DNA of 64,000 nt from Bacillota bacterium (GCA_023623175.1 JAMNXU010000026.1:10383-74382), one strand, 5' to 3'. Numbered from the stretch's first letter, positions 41,087 through 51,700 are shown. Made by a program: numbers and translations. Notes: generated from the letters alone by a model not told the origin.

Positions 41087-42757
41087 TCAACCCGTTGTAT
41101 TTTTCAGAATCGCGCCTGTGCTGGCCGAAGTGACAAGTCCCGCATACCTGCCCAGGTATCCCCCTGTAATCCTGGGCTGAGGCATTTTCCAGTTTTTAAG
41201 CCTTTCAGCGAGTTCTTCATCGGAAATTTCTACATCGAGCCTTCCGTTGTTGATATCTATCGAAATAATGTCTCCTTCCCGGACTACCGCAATCGGGCCG
41301 CCTTCCATGGCTTCAGGCGACACGTGGCCTATTGACGCGCCCCTCGTGGCGCCCGAAAAACGACCGTCGGTTATTAGCGCCACGTCCTTGTCAAGGCCCA
41401 TTCCCGCAATAGCCGATGTAGGATTGAGCATCTCCCTCATGCCCGGTCCGCCTTTCGGTCCTTCATAGCGGATAATGACAACATCGCCTCGTTTTATCCG
41501 GCCGCCGTAAATAGCCTCTATCGCCTCTTCCTCGGAATCAAAGACCCTCGCCGGCCCCCTGTGTACAAGCATTTCCTCGGCAACGGCAGACCTTTTCACC
41601 ACCGCTCCGTCAGGCGCGAGGTTGCCTTTCAGCACAGCAATGCCGCCCGTCCTGCTGTAGGGATTGTCAATTCTCCTGATGACAGTTCCGTCGGCTCCGC
41701 GCGCCTTTTCCAGGTTCTCGCCCACGGTATGCCCAGTAACGGTCAGCAAATCAAGATGCAGCAGGTTTTTCAGGCTCAGCTCCTTCATGACGGCCTGGAC
41801 ACCGCCCACCGCGTAAAGGTCCTGCACATGGTGGCTTCCCGCCGGGGCCAGCCGGCAAAGGTTCGGCACCCGCGCGCTGATTTCGTTTACAATGTCGAGG
41901 TTGAACTTCACCCCGGCCTCGTGGGCAATGGCCGCGAGGTGCAGCACCGAGTTTGTCGAGCAACCCAGCGCCATGTCAACGGTCAGCGCATTTTCAAACG
42001 CCTTTTCATTGAGAATGTCCGAAGGCTTTATATCCTTTTCCACGAGCTCCACTATCTTCATTCCTGCCTGCTTGGCAAGCCTTATTCTCTCGGCGTAAAC
42101 CGCCGGTATCGTGCCGTTGCCCGGCAGTCCCAGGCCAAGCACTTCGGTCAGGCAGTTCATCGAATTGGCCGTAAACATCCCGGAACAGGACCCGCATCCC
42201 GGACACGCCAAATTTTCGATTTCATACAGTTCCTCTTCCGTGATCGTGCCGGCCTTGAAAGCCCCGACCGCTTCAAATACGCTGTTGAGGTCAAGCTGCT
42301 TTCCGCCACGCGCCAGGGACAGCATCGGACCTCCGCTGATTACTATGGATGGCATGTTGATTCTTGCTGCCGCCATCAGCATGCCCGGCACAATTTTGTC
42401 GCAGTTGGGTATGAAAACCATCCCGTCAAAACCGTGGGCAAGTCCCATGGCTTCGCAGCTGTCCGCAATCAGCTCCCGCGTCGCCAGCGAGTATTTCATG
42501 CCCGTATGCCCCATGGCAATGCCGTCGCACACACCAATGGAACCAAATTCCACGGGAGTTCCTCCTGCCATCCGTATGCCTGCCTTGACAGCTTCAGCAA
42601 TGGTGTCAAGATGTATATGACCCGGTATTATTTCGCTTTTGGAGTTCACTACTCCGATCAGGGGCCGCGCCATTTCTTCGTCGGTATAGCCCATCGCCTT
42701 GAATAGGGACCTGTGGGGAGCCCTTTCAACACCTTTTTTGACTGCATCGCTTCTCAT
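41087..42757 (-). CDS. ilvD: Dihydroxy-acid dehydratase
   Basis: The sequence begins [18 protein letters not shown] and contains [10 protein letters not shown]. The ATG at 42757 lies 10 nt after GGGAGG. Confidence 0.95.
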   Translation of the reverse strand: MRSDAVKKGVERAPHRSLFKAMGYTDEEMARPLIGVVNSKSEIIPGHIHLDTIAEAVKAGIRMAGGTPVEFGSIGVCDGIAMGHTGMKYSLATRELIADSCEAMGLAHGFDGMVFIPNCDKIVPGMLMAAARINMPSIVISGGPMLSLARGGKQLDLNSVFEAVGAFKAGTITEEELYEIENLACPGCGSCSGMFTANSMNCLTEVLGLGLPGNGTIPAVYAERIRLAKQAGMKIVELVEKDIKPSDILNEKAFENALTVDMALGCSTNSVLHLAAIAHEAGVKFNLDIVNEISARVPNLCRLAPAGSHHVQDLYAVGGVQAVMKELSLKNLLHLDLLTVTGHTVGENLEKARGADGTVIRRIDNPYSRTGGIAVLKGNLAPDGAVVKRSAVAEEMLVHRGPARVFDSEEEAIEAIYGGRIKRGDVVIIRYEGPKGGPGMREMLNPTSAIAGMGLDKDVALITDGRFSGATRGASIGHVSPEAMEGGPIAVVREGDIISIDINNGRLDVEISDEELAERLKNWKMPQPRITGGYLGRYAGLVTSASTGAILKNTTG

Positions 42758-42905
42758 ATATATCAATCCTCCCGATTCGCCTTCCGGGCGACGTCATTTA
42801 TCTCATTTATTTCAAGACTTCAAATCTCTTTGCATGTTCTTTTATTTCTTTTCTTATATATTTCCTGTGCCTGCTTTCCTGCCCTGTCCCGATTACAGGC
42901 TCGCT

Positions 42906-43060
42906 GTTTCCAAACTTAGACCGTATTCCTCCAGGCCAGTTTCGGACCCGGTCTTATTCCCAAACTTGGACCGTTTTCCTGCAGGCCGGTTTCCGACCTG
43001 GTCCTGTTTCCAAATCTTTTCTGTTTCCCGGCCTGTTTCCGCAGCCCGGTTTATTCCTGA
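42906..43060 (-). repeat. 3 x about 50-nt tandem repeat in the ilvD 5' region
   Basis: Units start near 42908, 42958 and 43008. Each can form a hairpin on the minus strand. Confidence 0.6.
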
Positions 43061-43092
43061 ATTTTAATTCTTTCCCCGTATTCGGATATAAC

Positions 43093-43130
43093 AATAGCCG
43101 GGTGAAAGATATCCCGGCTATTATTTTTTT
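43093..43130. terminator. Hairpin terminator between the cvpA-like gene and the ilvD leader
   Basis: AATAGCCGGG-N10-CCCGGCTATT, with a T8 run on the plus side and UGUUAUAU on the minus side. Confidence 0.5.
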
Positions 43131-43253
43131 AATATTCTATTATGATAAAAGGCTACATGTCTATATTTTTAAACATCTGGGTTGAAAACATGAATTAAAT
43201 TTAGCGAATTTTTAACTTTGTCAGTTTAATGTCAAAACTCAGTAAGGTTAATG

Positions 43254-43946
43254 TCAAAACATTGAATTTACAATGAAATTATTCTGGTAAAAGAACTTTG
43301 CAAACGACGAAGTATTTATCGCTTCAAAGACTGCGGCAAATTTCGGGGCGGAATTGAAAAGCATCAGCAATGCCATGACAATGTAAACGGAAAGCAGGCC
43401 TTCAACGGCGCCGAAGGCAAACCCCCCGATCTTGTCAACCTGTTTGAATACCGGCAGCTTCGCAATGCCCTTTAAAACCACCTTCAGGAACTTAAGCCCG
43501 ATTCTTGCCGCTATGTACAAAACAATGAGACTTATTATGTCCATGACAACAACGGTAATCTCTCGGCTGACTGTGTCAACGATCTGTTCAACAGGTATCA
43601 GCTCGGAAGGATTCGGTATATGGCCCAGGACCTCTCCCTTTAGAAATCCCGGCAGCTGCAGGCCATTAACAATGGAGTCGGCCGCGGCTTCCTTTATCTG
43701 GCTGTCCAAATGCGGCACCGCTGACTGCTGTTTAATCAACAGGGCATTCCTGATCGATTTTTGGATATTTTCATCCAGTGCCGTTTTGGAAAGCAGTTTC
43801 GCTACGGCAGGATGAAATTTCACCGCAACATATACCGATATGAAAAAGGAGGCTATCCTGTACATCGAAAGGATAAACCCGTTGGACAGTCCGATAACAG
43901 CGAACACGAGAATAACCAGTATTACCGCCAAATCAGCCCAATTCAT
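43254..43946 (-). CDS. CvpA-family membrane protein
   Basis: MNWADLAVILVILVFAVIGLSNGF is a typical CvpA N-terminus. The start is set at 43946, behind GGGGGTG. Confidence 0.7.
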   Translation of the reverse strand: MNWADLAVILVILVFAVIGLSNGFILSMYRIASFFISVYVAVKFHPAVAKLLSKTALDENIQKSIRNALLIKQQSAVPHLDSQIKEAAADSIVNGLQLPGFLKGEVLGHIPNPSELIPVEQIVDTVSREITVVVMDIISLIVLYIAARIGLKFLKVVLKGIAKLPVFKQVDKIGGFAFGAVEGLLSVYIVMALLMLFNSAPKFAAVFEAINTSSFAKFFYQNNFIVNSMF

Positions 43947-43968
43947 GGGATCACCCCCTGGTATAATA

Positions 43969-45171
43969 TTATTTAATGTCAACAATCATAATGCCGGCTT
44001 TTGTCAATACGAGGGCTTCTCGGCCGTTCAAAAGCCTCAGGTCAGTTATGTCGGCCCGTGGCCTGTACACCCCCAGCTGCCTGCCTTTCAGATTGTAAAA
44101 TCTCGCTTCCCTGCCCGAGCATATGCCGATCGTATTTCCTGAAACCGAGAGACGCTGTATATTTCCAGGGACGGAAAAGCTGTCCGTTTCCTCTCCGTCC
44201 TTAAGGCGGATAATGCGTACAGTCACGCGTCCTTTCCCGGAATCGCTTCTTTCATAGGCCGCTATGACAGCGTACCTGCCGTCGGACTCAGCTACACCGT
44301 AGACTTGCCCGGCTTCATATTCCCGGTTCCAGATTATGTTCTTGTTTTTATCAAGATAAACCACCGTACGGTCTCCGGCTGCCAGTATCGAATCATCAGA
44401 AAAGCAGTAAACCGAAGGCAAAATGGTATTCTTTATCCTGATGTCCGCAAAGGGTTTCGTTTCAAACATCTCGCTGAACTCAAGGCGGGCATCAGCAGAT
44501 ACCCCCGACGCGTCCACCTTGTTCAGGAAAAGCTGCCTGCCCGAAGGCAGAACACGCGCGCCTATTACAAAACACTCGGCGATTGTGCGTGTCAGCAGCA
44601 GAGGTTCGTCCAACTGGGGATCAAAAACATCGACTTTTGCCTTGTATCCTTTAATCTCCTGCACAGCCGTTACGAAGCCGTCCTCGCTGACGTCGGCATT
44701 TATCAGGTTGTTTTCAAGTCTCTTGCTCCATACCTGTGTGAGTCCCCTGAATAGATACATTTCACGGCCGTTCAGGTCTGCAACCAGCGTATATTCGCCT
44801 GCAGTCCTGATAATAGGCTTGTTGGCCTGTATCTGGACCGTTTTCTTCTCCTTCCCGGACTTGTCATACCACGTCACCGAGTTCGCAGCGCATTTGATGA
44901 TATCGCCCCTGCTGATGCCGATTACGGTGTGCTCCCTTGAATCATATACAATTTCCCTTACGCCGTCCTTTATTTCCAGGCCTCTTCCGCCCGAAGCCAG
45001 TGAATTCAACACTTCCTTCAGGTTTAAAACATTCAGGTCCGGATCCATGCTTTTCGCATATACCGCAAGAGCGCAGGCCAGGGTTATCACCAGCAGCAAT
45101 ATGAATAAAGCGATGCTTGATTTCGAGATGTGTTTTTCCGTACCCTGTTGCCTGTCATAGCCTGTTTCCAC
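43969..45171 (-). CDS. Membrane-anchored hypothetical protein with repeated beta-rich ectodomain (possibly DUF5711-like)
   Basis: An N-terminal TM segment (IALFILLLVITLACALAV) is followed by a beta-strand-rich repeat pattern. The family assignment is tentative. Confidence 0.45.
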   Translation of the reverse strand: METGYDRQQGTEKHISKSSIALFILLLVITLACALAVYAKSMDPDLNVLNLKEVLNSLASGGRGLEIKDGVREIVYDSREHTVIGISRGDIIKCAANSVTWYDKSGKEKKTVQIQANKPIIRTAGEYTLVADLNGREMYLFRGLTQVWSKRLENNLINADVSEDGFVTAVQEIKGYKAKVDVFDPQLDEPLLLTRTIAECFVIGARVLPSGRQLFLNKVDASGVSADARLEFSEMFETKPFADIRIKNTILPSVYCFSDDSILAAGDRTVVYLDKNKNIIWNREYEAGQVYGVAESDGRYAVIAAYERSDSGKGRVTVRIIRLKDGEETDSFSVPGNIQRLSVSGNTIGICSGREARFYNLKGRQLGVYRPRADITDLRLLNGREALVLTKAGIMIVDIK

Positions 45172-45375
45172 AATACCACCTCGTGACTTTAATCAGGAAG
45201 TCCCCCGGCGCCCGCTGAATTAAATGCAATGCCTTTTTTTCACAGGGAATGCTTCTTGATAAAATATTAGCACAAATTACAGTGATTTTCACTCGTCTGT
45301 TTCGGTTTGCAGCCCTGGGGGAAAGTCCCGGGAAAGGCTCGCAGGCAGGTTCTGCGTATCGGTTCTGTGAACTCA

Positions 45376-45412
45376 TAAAAAATCCTCCCGGAAACGATCC
45401 GGGAGGATTTTT
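45376..45412 (-). terminator. Bidirectional intrinsic terminator after the DUF4340 gene
   Basis: AAAAAATCCTCCCGG-AAACGA-TCCGGGAGGATTTTT. Confidence 0.75.
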
Positions 45413-45428
45413 CAGCCGCTGCTGCCGG

Positions 45429-46829
45429 CTATTTCCCCTTTTTTTCCATTGCTTCGGTCAGGTTTTCAATTGCCGTTCTCAGACCGTCATATTCATCAAA
45501 TCTCTTTTCATCAACTATAAGGCCGGTATACTTGCCGTCCCTCATGACGTAATACGTATACTCATCCCTCGGAACAAACTCAATTACAACCTGCCCGGGA
45601 TCGATCTTGAGCTTGTAGGTAAAGCGCACTTCAGCCTTGGCGTTTGCCGGCGGTTTCTCATTGGGGTTAATGTCGTTCAGGAGAACGCCGATTACCGCCT
45701 GGTAAAGCTTTCTGTACAGCTGGCTGCCGGTTTCGTTTCTCAGATCGGTGACTTCCACGCCGTTGACCCAGAACCTGTCTTTGCTTGAGTCTTCGGGATT
45801 CGTCTGGATTTTAGTATCGTACACTTTCCCGTCAAATTCAATCTTAAGCGCTTCGACATTCTTAATGTCCGTTGCGTATATAAACCGTTCGGAAATCTCC
45901 GAAATATGTTTATCGAGGAATGAATAGGTCCCCGTTCCCACGGTGAATACTTCGTCATCATCGGCAAATTTCGCGTAAAATTCCTGGTTCTTGACCCTTT
46001 CGTCGCCTATGAGGAGTTTCTTTTTCACCTTGTCGGTCTCGACAGAAATTGCATACGACGGTTTGTCAAGGCCGTACTTTTTCAGGTCCGTGGCATGCTC
46101 CTCGATAAAATCTATTATGAATGATTGCTCGACGCTCTTGAGCATCTGCTGTATGGCTTCCATGTCAGCTTCGACAATTACGGGCTCGGTAAGTTCAAAA
46201 CGGTCCTCGCCAATTTTCCTTGCTGAAAACAGCAGCTTTCCGTTTTTCTCCATCGCAAGCCTTGTTATTTCTTCCTGGCCGAAATCATAAAGATTCCTGA
46301 GTTTGAAATCGTTCTTGTTAACAATGAATGTGTTGCCTTCATAGTTGCTGATGGTATAAACGGTATCCGAATCTCCCGGGCGTACATAATAGGCATCCCT
46401 GGTGAGATTCTGGTTACCGACTTCCAGGACCTTTGAAGTGTTTCCTTCAAGTATGACAGTAATCCTGATAGGTTTGTCCAGTCCGTAAACCGACAGGTCC
46501 TGCGCGTTCTCCTCAATTATTTTTTCGGCATTAAGCCGGCTCATGGTATGCGCAATACTGTCCACCATGCCGGTGTTAAGCCTTACTAGGTCCGCGGGCC
46601 TGACTGCCTTCCAGTCGTCATCCTTTTTTTCAAACTCGAAAACACCGCTATTTGTTTCGACAATAACGCGCGTTACCTCATCAGAGTCAAAAGAGAATAT
46701 CTCTATGGTCTCAGTGTCTTCATCATTGCCTTCCCTCTGGAACCTTTTGAAGTCCTCGGCTGCAAAGTACGCGCCTGCCAAAAGCCCCAATACCACTATG
46801 AGAATAATAATGTTTCTGTATAATTTCAT
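45429..46829 (-). CDS. DUF4340 domain protein (accessory component of GldG-type ABC systems)
   Basis: An N-terminal anchor, the typical length, and a position after a GldG-like gene. The ATG at 46829 overlaps the upstream TGA (ATGA) and follows AAGGAGG. Confidence 0.65.
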   Translation of the reverse strand: MKLYRNIIILIVVLGLLAGAYFAAEDFKRFQREGNDEDTETIEIFSFDSDEVTRVIVETNSGVFEFEKKDDDWKAVRPADLVRLNTGMVDSIAHTMSRLNAEKIIEENAQDLSVYGLDKPIRITVILEGNTSKVLEVGNQNLTRDAYYVRPGDSDTVYTISNYEGNTFIVNKNDFKLRNLYDFGQEEITRLAMEKNGKLLFSARKIGEDRFELTEPVIVEADMEAIQQMLKSVEQSFIIDFIEEHATDLKKYGLDKPSYAISVETDKVKKKLLIGDERVKNQEFYAKFADDDEVFTVGTGTYSFLDKHISEISERFIYATDIKNVEALKIEFDGKVYDTKIQTNPEDSSKDRFWVNGVEVTDLRNETGSQLYRKLYQAVIGVLLNDINPNEKPPANAKAEVRFTYKLKIDPGQVVIEFVPRDEYTYYVMRDGKYTGLIVDEKRFDEYDGLRTAIENLTEAMEKKGK

Positions 46830-48337
46830 AGATGCCTCCTTCTGAGCCATACAAAGGCGCCGACACCGAGTATGAACAGCGGAAGAACCGCTACCACAAG
46901 ATACATGGTGATCTTGGCCTGTTGCTGTGTAATGCTCAATTTTTCAACCAGGTTGAGCTTTGCGGGGATCATCAGTACGTCTTCCCTGTCAATTGCCCAG
47001 TTCAAGGCCGACAGGAAGAAGACCATACCGTTGGTAAAGTAGTCCCCGAGTTCAATCGCCGATTCGTCGGTTATAAATCTGGCATTTCCGATTACAATCA
47101 TTTTTGAGGATGTGAATCCTCCCATGTTGTCAATGGCCACAGCCAGATCCAGCGGTCCGGCAATATCATTGCCCGCCGATTTGTCTATCTGTTCTCCGAC
47201 GGATTTTGCACTGGTCTTTATAAGCGAAGTTATGGTTATATATTCCTTTTCGTTCTTTAACAGGTTTATACTCCTCGAATCCTTGAAAAAAGTGCTGAAA
47301 GACTGGGGAATAACCTCATTGGCGCTTATGTCCACAAGGACATTGTAAGGGTCGGTGGGCAGATGCCTTTCAGGATCAGTTTCCTTGACCTTGTCGTTAT
47401 TGATCGATATATTGTAAGGCCTGAACAAATCATTGAACTCCTTGAATTCCGATCCCTTTTCAAGGGAATCAAACATAAATATGGCATCGCCTCCGTTGTC
47501 GAGGAAATCCTGTATCTTTCTCTTCTCAACAGTCAAGAGGTCCTGTTTCGGGGAAACCACCACGAGGGCCGCGGCATCGTCGGGCACGCGTGCCTCGGTA
47601 ATCAGGTTTATCGTTTTTACGTCGAAATTGTTCCTTTCAAGCTGGCTCCTGACCAGTTTCAGGTTCTCGTCGGGAGAATACTCCTGGTGTCCCTGGGTAA
47701 AATAAATTGTCGGAGTCTTGTCGGAACTTACGAACCTTATGGCGCCGGTTATGCTCTGCTCGGCCAGCGAGCCCACTTTCTGCGCCTGGAAGTATTCATT
47801 GTAGTCAATTGCCACGAGGTCGGTATAGGTCAATCTCTTTATTTTGTTCCCGCATTTTACAACGAAGTCATTCTTCTGGATGTTCTTCTGGTTATCCTTG
47901 TCAAGATCTCCGATAAAACCGGGATTCTTGTCGGGATCGATGGTTCTCACCTTGATGTGGTCATATTTTTCGTATTGCTTAAGAAGCTCCATGACATCCA
48001 TGTAATCTTTATACGGCGGCTTGCCCCCGTCAAAAAGACCAATGATTTCCACATCCTTGTCGAGGTTCTCAAGGATCTCCTTTGTTACTTCTCCGATACT
48101 GTAAAGCTTGCTGCTCGTAAGGTCAAACCTTATATCAAACAATCCTATGATAATATTCACCAGGAGTACGGCCGATACCACAATCGCAATCAATACAAGG
48201 GAATTGGAACCGTACTTGAGCGATCTGAGATTTATCTTTGCTTTATTTGATCCGGCTTTTGCCTTATTATTTATTTTCGCCTTTTCATTCGAATTATCCT
48301 TAACTTTTTTATCCTTAACCTTTTTCAAGTTTATCAC
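46826..48337 (-). CDS. GldG-like ABC-transporter auxiliary protein (ABC_transp_aux family)
   Basis: N- and C-terminal TM anchors flank a large ectodomain. It follows the ABC-2 permease. Confidence 0.7.
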   Translation of the reverse strand: MINLKKVKDKKVKDNSNEKAKINNKAKAGSNKAKINLRSLKYGSNSLVLIAIVVSAVLLVNIIIGLFDIRFDLTSSKLYSIGEVTKEILENLDKDVEIIGLFDGGKPPYKDYMDVMELLKQYEKYDHIKVRTIDPDKNPGFIGDLDKDNQKNIQKNDFVVKCGNKIKRLTYTDLVAIDYNEYFQAQKVGSLAEQSITGAIRFVSSDKTPTIYFTQGHQEYSPDENLKLVRSQLERNNFDVKTINLITEARVPDDAAALVVVSPKQDLLTVEKRKIQDFLDNGGDAIFMFDSLEKGSEFKEFNDLFRPYNISINNDKVKETDPERHLPTDPYNVLVDISANEVIPQSFSTFFKDSRSINLLKNEKEYITITSLIKTSAKSVGEQIDKSAGNDIAGPLDLAVAIDNMGGFTSSKMIVIGNARFITDESAIELGDYFTNGMVFFLSALNWAIDREDVLMIPAKLNLVEKLSITQQQAKITMYLVVAVLPLFILGVGAFVWLRRRHL

Positions 48338-48340
48338 CCC

Positions 48341-49039
48341 TTAACTCCAGCGCCTTTTTTCCATTACTCTAACCGTGAGGAACACAAACACTGCTGCAAA
48401 GCTGATATAGTAAACAATGGAACTTACCTTGAGCAGGCCCTGGGCGAAATCGCCGTACCTGGACGTAAGCGAAATCCAGTTTAAAATCATCGAAAGTATT
48501 CCTCCGAACATGTATCCCAGGGGTTCAATAAGCCATATGATAAGCAGTATGACGAAGCTTACAATGGCCGCTATCATCTGGTTCTCGGTCAGTGATGACG
48601 CAAAGACGCCTATGGAAATAAACGCGGCTCCAAGGAGTATAAATCCGATATAGGCTCCCACGAGCTGGGCCGTAACCCGTCCCCCGAAAAACACCATTAT
48701 TATCGGGTATATGAAAGTAATGGCCGTCATCACGAGAAACACGACATAAGCCGCGAGAAATTTGCCCAGAACGATTGACATCAGGCTCTGGGGGGAAGTA
48801 ATCAAAAGCACTTCCGTCTTGTTTTTTCTGTCTTCCGCGATGATTCTCATGGTAAGAATTGGCACAACAAAAATAAGCAGGAACTTCATCGTTTCGAGAT
48901 TCTCATGGAAATTCGGGTCCTGCATGAACAGGTTGTAGGTGAAGAATACCGATGACAGCAGGATGAACAGCCCAATCAAAATATATGCAACCGGAGCGTA
49001 AAAATAGGATTTTATCTCCTTCCTCATAATCGCCAGCAT
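48341..49039 (-). CDS. ABC-2 type transporter permease
   Basis: A 6-TM hydrophobic protein whose start overlaps the ATPase stop. Confidence 0.8.
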   Translation of the reverse strand: MLAIMRKEIKSYFYAPVAYILIGLFILLSSVFFTYNLFMQDPNFHENLETMKFLLIFVVPILTMRIIAEDRKNKTEVLLITSPQSLMSIVLGKFLAAYVVFLVMTAITFIYPIIMVFFGGRVTAQLVGAYIGFILLGAAFISIGVFASSLTENQMIAAIVSFVILLIIWLIEPLGYMFGGILSMILNWISLTSRYGDFAQGLLKVSSIVYYISFAAVFVFLTVRVMEKRRWS

Positions 49040-49989
49040 TATTGCTCAACTCCCTTCTCCTCGGTAATCAGCTGAAGGAATATGTCTTCGAGAGACATGC
49101 TGAGGGACTTCATTTCGAGTATTGAATATCCTGCCTCGGCCATGGCTGAAAACAGCGATTTTCTGATATCCACATCCTTTTCGGATTCTATTACGTATGT
49201 TGTATTTTCCTTCTCTGTTGATTCGACGGGCTCAACATATGTCACTCCGCCTATCCCCCTGATTTTGCCCAGGACCGAGTTTCTCGGGCCGGTTATCGTT
49301 ACCGACAGCCTGTTTGATTTTCCTATGTGCCTGGACAGGTTTTCGGGAGTGTCAACCGCGGCAATTTCGCCCTTGTTTATGATTACCACTCTTTCGCATA
49401 CCATGCTGACTTCCGGCAGGATATGGGAGCTGAGAATAATTGTGTGCTCTTTTCCGAGAGCCTTGATCAGTCGTCTTATTTCAATTATCTGTTTCGGGTC
49501 AAGTCCCACGGTGGGCTCATCGAGAATAAGCACTTCAGGATTGCCCACGAGAGCCTGGGCCAAACCCACTCTCTGCCTGTAACCCTTGGACAGGTTCTTT
49601 ATCAGCCTGTTCCTGTGGTCGGTTATTCCGGTGAGTTCCATAATATCGTCAATCTGGGCTTTTTGCTTCTTTTTCGGCACAAGCTTGATATCTGCGACGA
49701 AGTTCAGAAAATCTTTTACGGTCATGTCAAGATAAACCGGGGGTTGCTCAGGCAAAAAGCCTATGCGTTTTTTCACTTCCGTGGGATGTTCCAGGATGTC
49801 ATAGCCACAAACTCGTACTGAACCTGAAGTGGAAGACAGGTACCCCGTTATAATGTTCATCGTGGTAGACTTCCCTGCGCCGTTAGGTCCCAAGAAGCCA
49901 AGAATTTCGCCCTTTTCTACCGTAAAGCTCACGTTGTTGATTGCCTTGATCTGACCGTATATTTTGGTCAGATTCTGTATTTCTATCAT
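49039..49989 (-). CDS. ABC transporter ATP-binding protein
   Basis: Walker A is GPNGAGKST, the signature is LSKGYRQR, and Walker B is LILDEP. Confidence 0.92.
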   Translation of the reverse strand: MIEIQNLTKIYGQIKAINNVSFTVEKGEILGFLGPNGAGKSTTMNIITGYLSSTSGSVRVCGYDILEHPTEVKKRIGFLPEQPPVYLDMTVKDFLNFVADIKLVPKKKQKAQIDDIMELTGITDHRNRLIKNLSKGYRQRVGLAQALVGNPEVLILDEPTVGLDPKQIIEIRRLIKALGKEHTIILSSHILPEVSMVCERVVIINKGEIAAVDTPENLSRHIGKSNRLSVTITGPRNSVLGKIRGIGGVTYVEPVESTEKENTTYVIESEKDVDIRKSLFSAMAEAGYSILEMKSLSMSLEDIFLQLITEEKGVEQ

Positions 49990-50203
49990 TACCTTCCCCC
50001 CTGCTTCACATTTGATTGTACTGGGTTTTGGACAGAAACATGCACTTACAATTATGCAACATACTTTTTAATAAACTGTGAACAATTTGTAACAATCACG
50101 CAGCTTTGTCGCAAACAAAGCAGCCCATTATATTCCAGTCCATTATATAGTTTTTTTATAGTGTTTTCAATATAGCTGAAAATATCCGCAGGATTTCAGT
50201 TCC

Positions 50204-51700
50204 CTACTGTTTTCTGTCCAGCCATTCCTTTATCCTTATATCCAGCTGATTCACAGTGTTGTTTATGCCGGCCTGCTTCTGCCGGGTTTTGAATTCCTCA
50301 AACTTTGCCATGTAATCGTCGGCAAGTATACTCTGATTGAGTTCCGCTAGCCTGGATTTTCTTTCTCTCAACAAGGCAAAAAGGTTTTCATCTGTTTCGG
50401 CATAACGGAAACCTGCAAGGGGGTTTTCAATGCACATGCGGTTCAACTCCGTGTTGTATGTTTTCCAGAAGTTTGCGGGCTGCTGCCCCACCGGCCGGTT
50501 CATGTCCACACATTCAATGAGTCTGTCCATACCTGTGTGAGAAATGATACTATAGTACCACTGGGAATTATTAGGAAGCATTTTAACCTTACCTTTTTCG
50601 ATAATATAATCCTTTCCCTTCAGACCATACATTACCAGGTCGTAATTTTCCTGGCTGCTGCCTATCCAGTTAAGAAGCATGAGCGCTTTGGGTACCACCA
50701 TTGAAGCTGAACTGAAAAACATGGCCTCGTTGCGCACGTCTGAAGTCTTCGACGTATATGCATCAGGATACAGGGCATAATATCTCACCGGTAAAGAGCT
50801 GTTGACCATCACACTGCTTATGGTATCAAACTGTGCCATTGCAGAATTGAAACTATTATCAACGGAATATGCAGCATTACTCTTATATACCGGTTCGATA
50901 TAACCTTTCTGCGCCCACCTTCTTGCTATTTCCACCGCCGCGAGGTATTCATCAAGTTCTTCCATGGGTGTAAGCCTTATCTCGGGATCATGCCTGTTGT
51001 AATACAGCCCGCAATTCCCGTATTCAACACATCCCCTGCTTTCCAGGTATGCATTGATGATGAAATCCGTCGGCATAATCGCACAGGAAAGGCCTTCCTT
51101 CGCCGCTTTTTCAAGGTAAGCCTCATAATCCTCCAGCGTCCTGATTTCATCAAGACCATATTTCTTCATTATGTCTTCCCTTACAAGGACATACATCCTT
51201 TCAACCACGTTTTTCTTTGACGGCACTGCGTAGAGCTTTCCTTCGTACTCCGCCTCCGCCAGTTCTTCGCGGGTTAATCTGTCGTATATTTCCGGCGCAT
51301 ACCTCGGAAAAAGCGATGTTATGTCCATGTGTAAACCGAGTTCATTTTTCCGGATAATCCTGTTCAGCCTTGTAACGCTGTAAACATAGGCGTCAATCTT
51401 GTCCCGGGAATATAAAAGCTTTTGTATTGTCTCGTCATAATCAAACATGTTGATAAAATTAATTTTCAGCCTTATGTTAAGGCTGCTGGAGGTCCTTTTT
51501 TCTATTTCCTTGACTATTTCATCCATGTAAGGCGGTGTAAAGCCATACTGGAGATATAAATTCAGTGTAGCCGGGGGGACACTTTTATTTTTTCCGAACT
51601 GAATCGGGATTTCAATAAACGAGCTCTTCCGGGAACACCCTGAAATTGTAAAAGAAAAGGTTATTAATAAAATAACAGTGATTAATAATCTAACTCTCAT
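50204..51700 (-). CDS. Extracellular solute-binding lipoprotein (large family-1 type), orphan
   Basis: A signal peptide with the lipobox TISGC. The size and pattern fit about 500-aa sugar-binding lipoproteins. No adjacent permease genes are present. Confidence 0.7.
   Translation of the reverse strand: MRVRLLITVILLITFSFTISGCSRKSSFIEIPIQFGKNKSVPPATLNLYLQYGFTPPYMDEIVKEIEKRTSSSLNIRLKINFINMFDYDETIQKLLYSRDKIDAYVYSVTRLNRIIRKNELGLHMDITSLFPRYAPEIYDRLTREELAEAEYEGKLYAVPSKKNVVERMYVLVREDIMKKYGLDEIRTLEDYEAYLEKAAKEGLSCAIMPTDFIINAYLESRGCVEYGNCGLYYNRHDPEIRLTPMEELDEYLAAVEIARRWAQKGYIEPVYKSNAAYSVDNSFNSAMAQFDTISSVMVNSSLPVRYYALYPDAYTSKTSDVRNEAMFFSSASMVVPKALMLLNWIGSSQENYDLVMYGLKGKDYIIEKGKVKMLPNNSQWYYSIISHTGMDRLIECVDMNRPVGQQPANFWKTYNTELNRMCIENPLAGFRYAETDENLFALLRERKSRLAELNQSILADDYMAKFEEFKTRQKQAGINNTVNQLDIRIKEWLDRKQ

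Noticed and set aside
42767-43090. A T-box riboswitch or an ILV-rich leader peptide might lie upstream of ilvD.
   Set aside because: I found no AGGGTGGNACCGCG-like T-box sequence, no specifier-loop architecture, and no short ORF enriched in Ile/Leu/Val on the minus strand.
43093-43130. The perfect plus-strand terminator (10-bp stem plus T8) might mark an unannotated plus-strand gene.
   Set aside because: No plus-strand ORF with an RBS ends upstream of it. It is better explained as a bidirectional terminator/insulator after the minus-strand cvpA-like gene.
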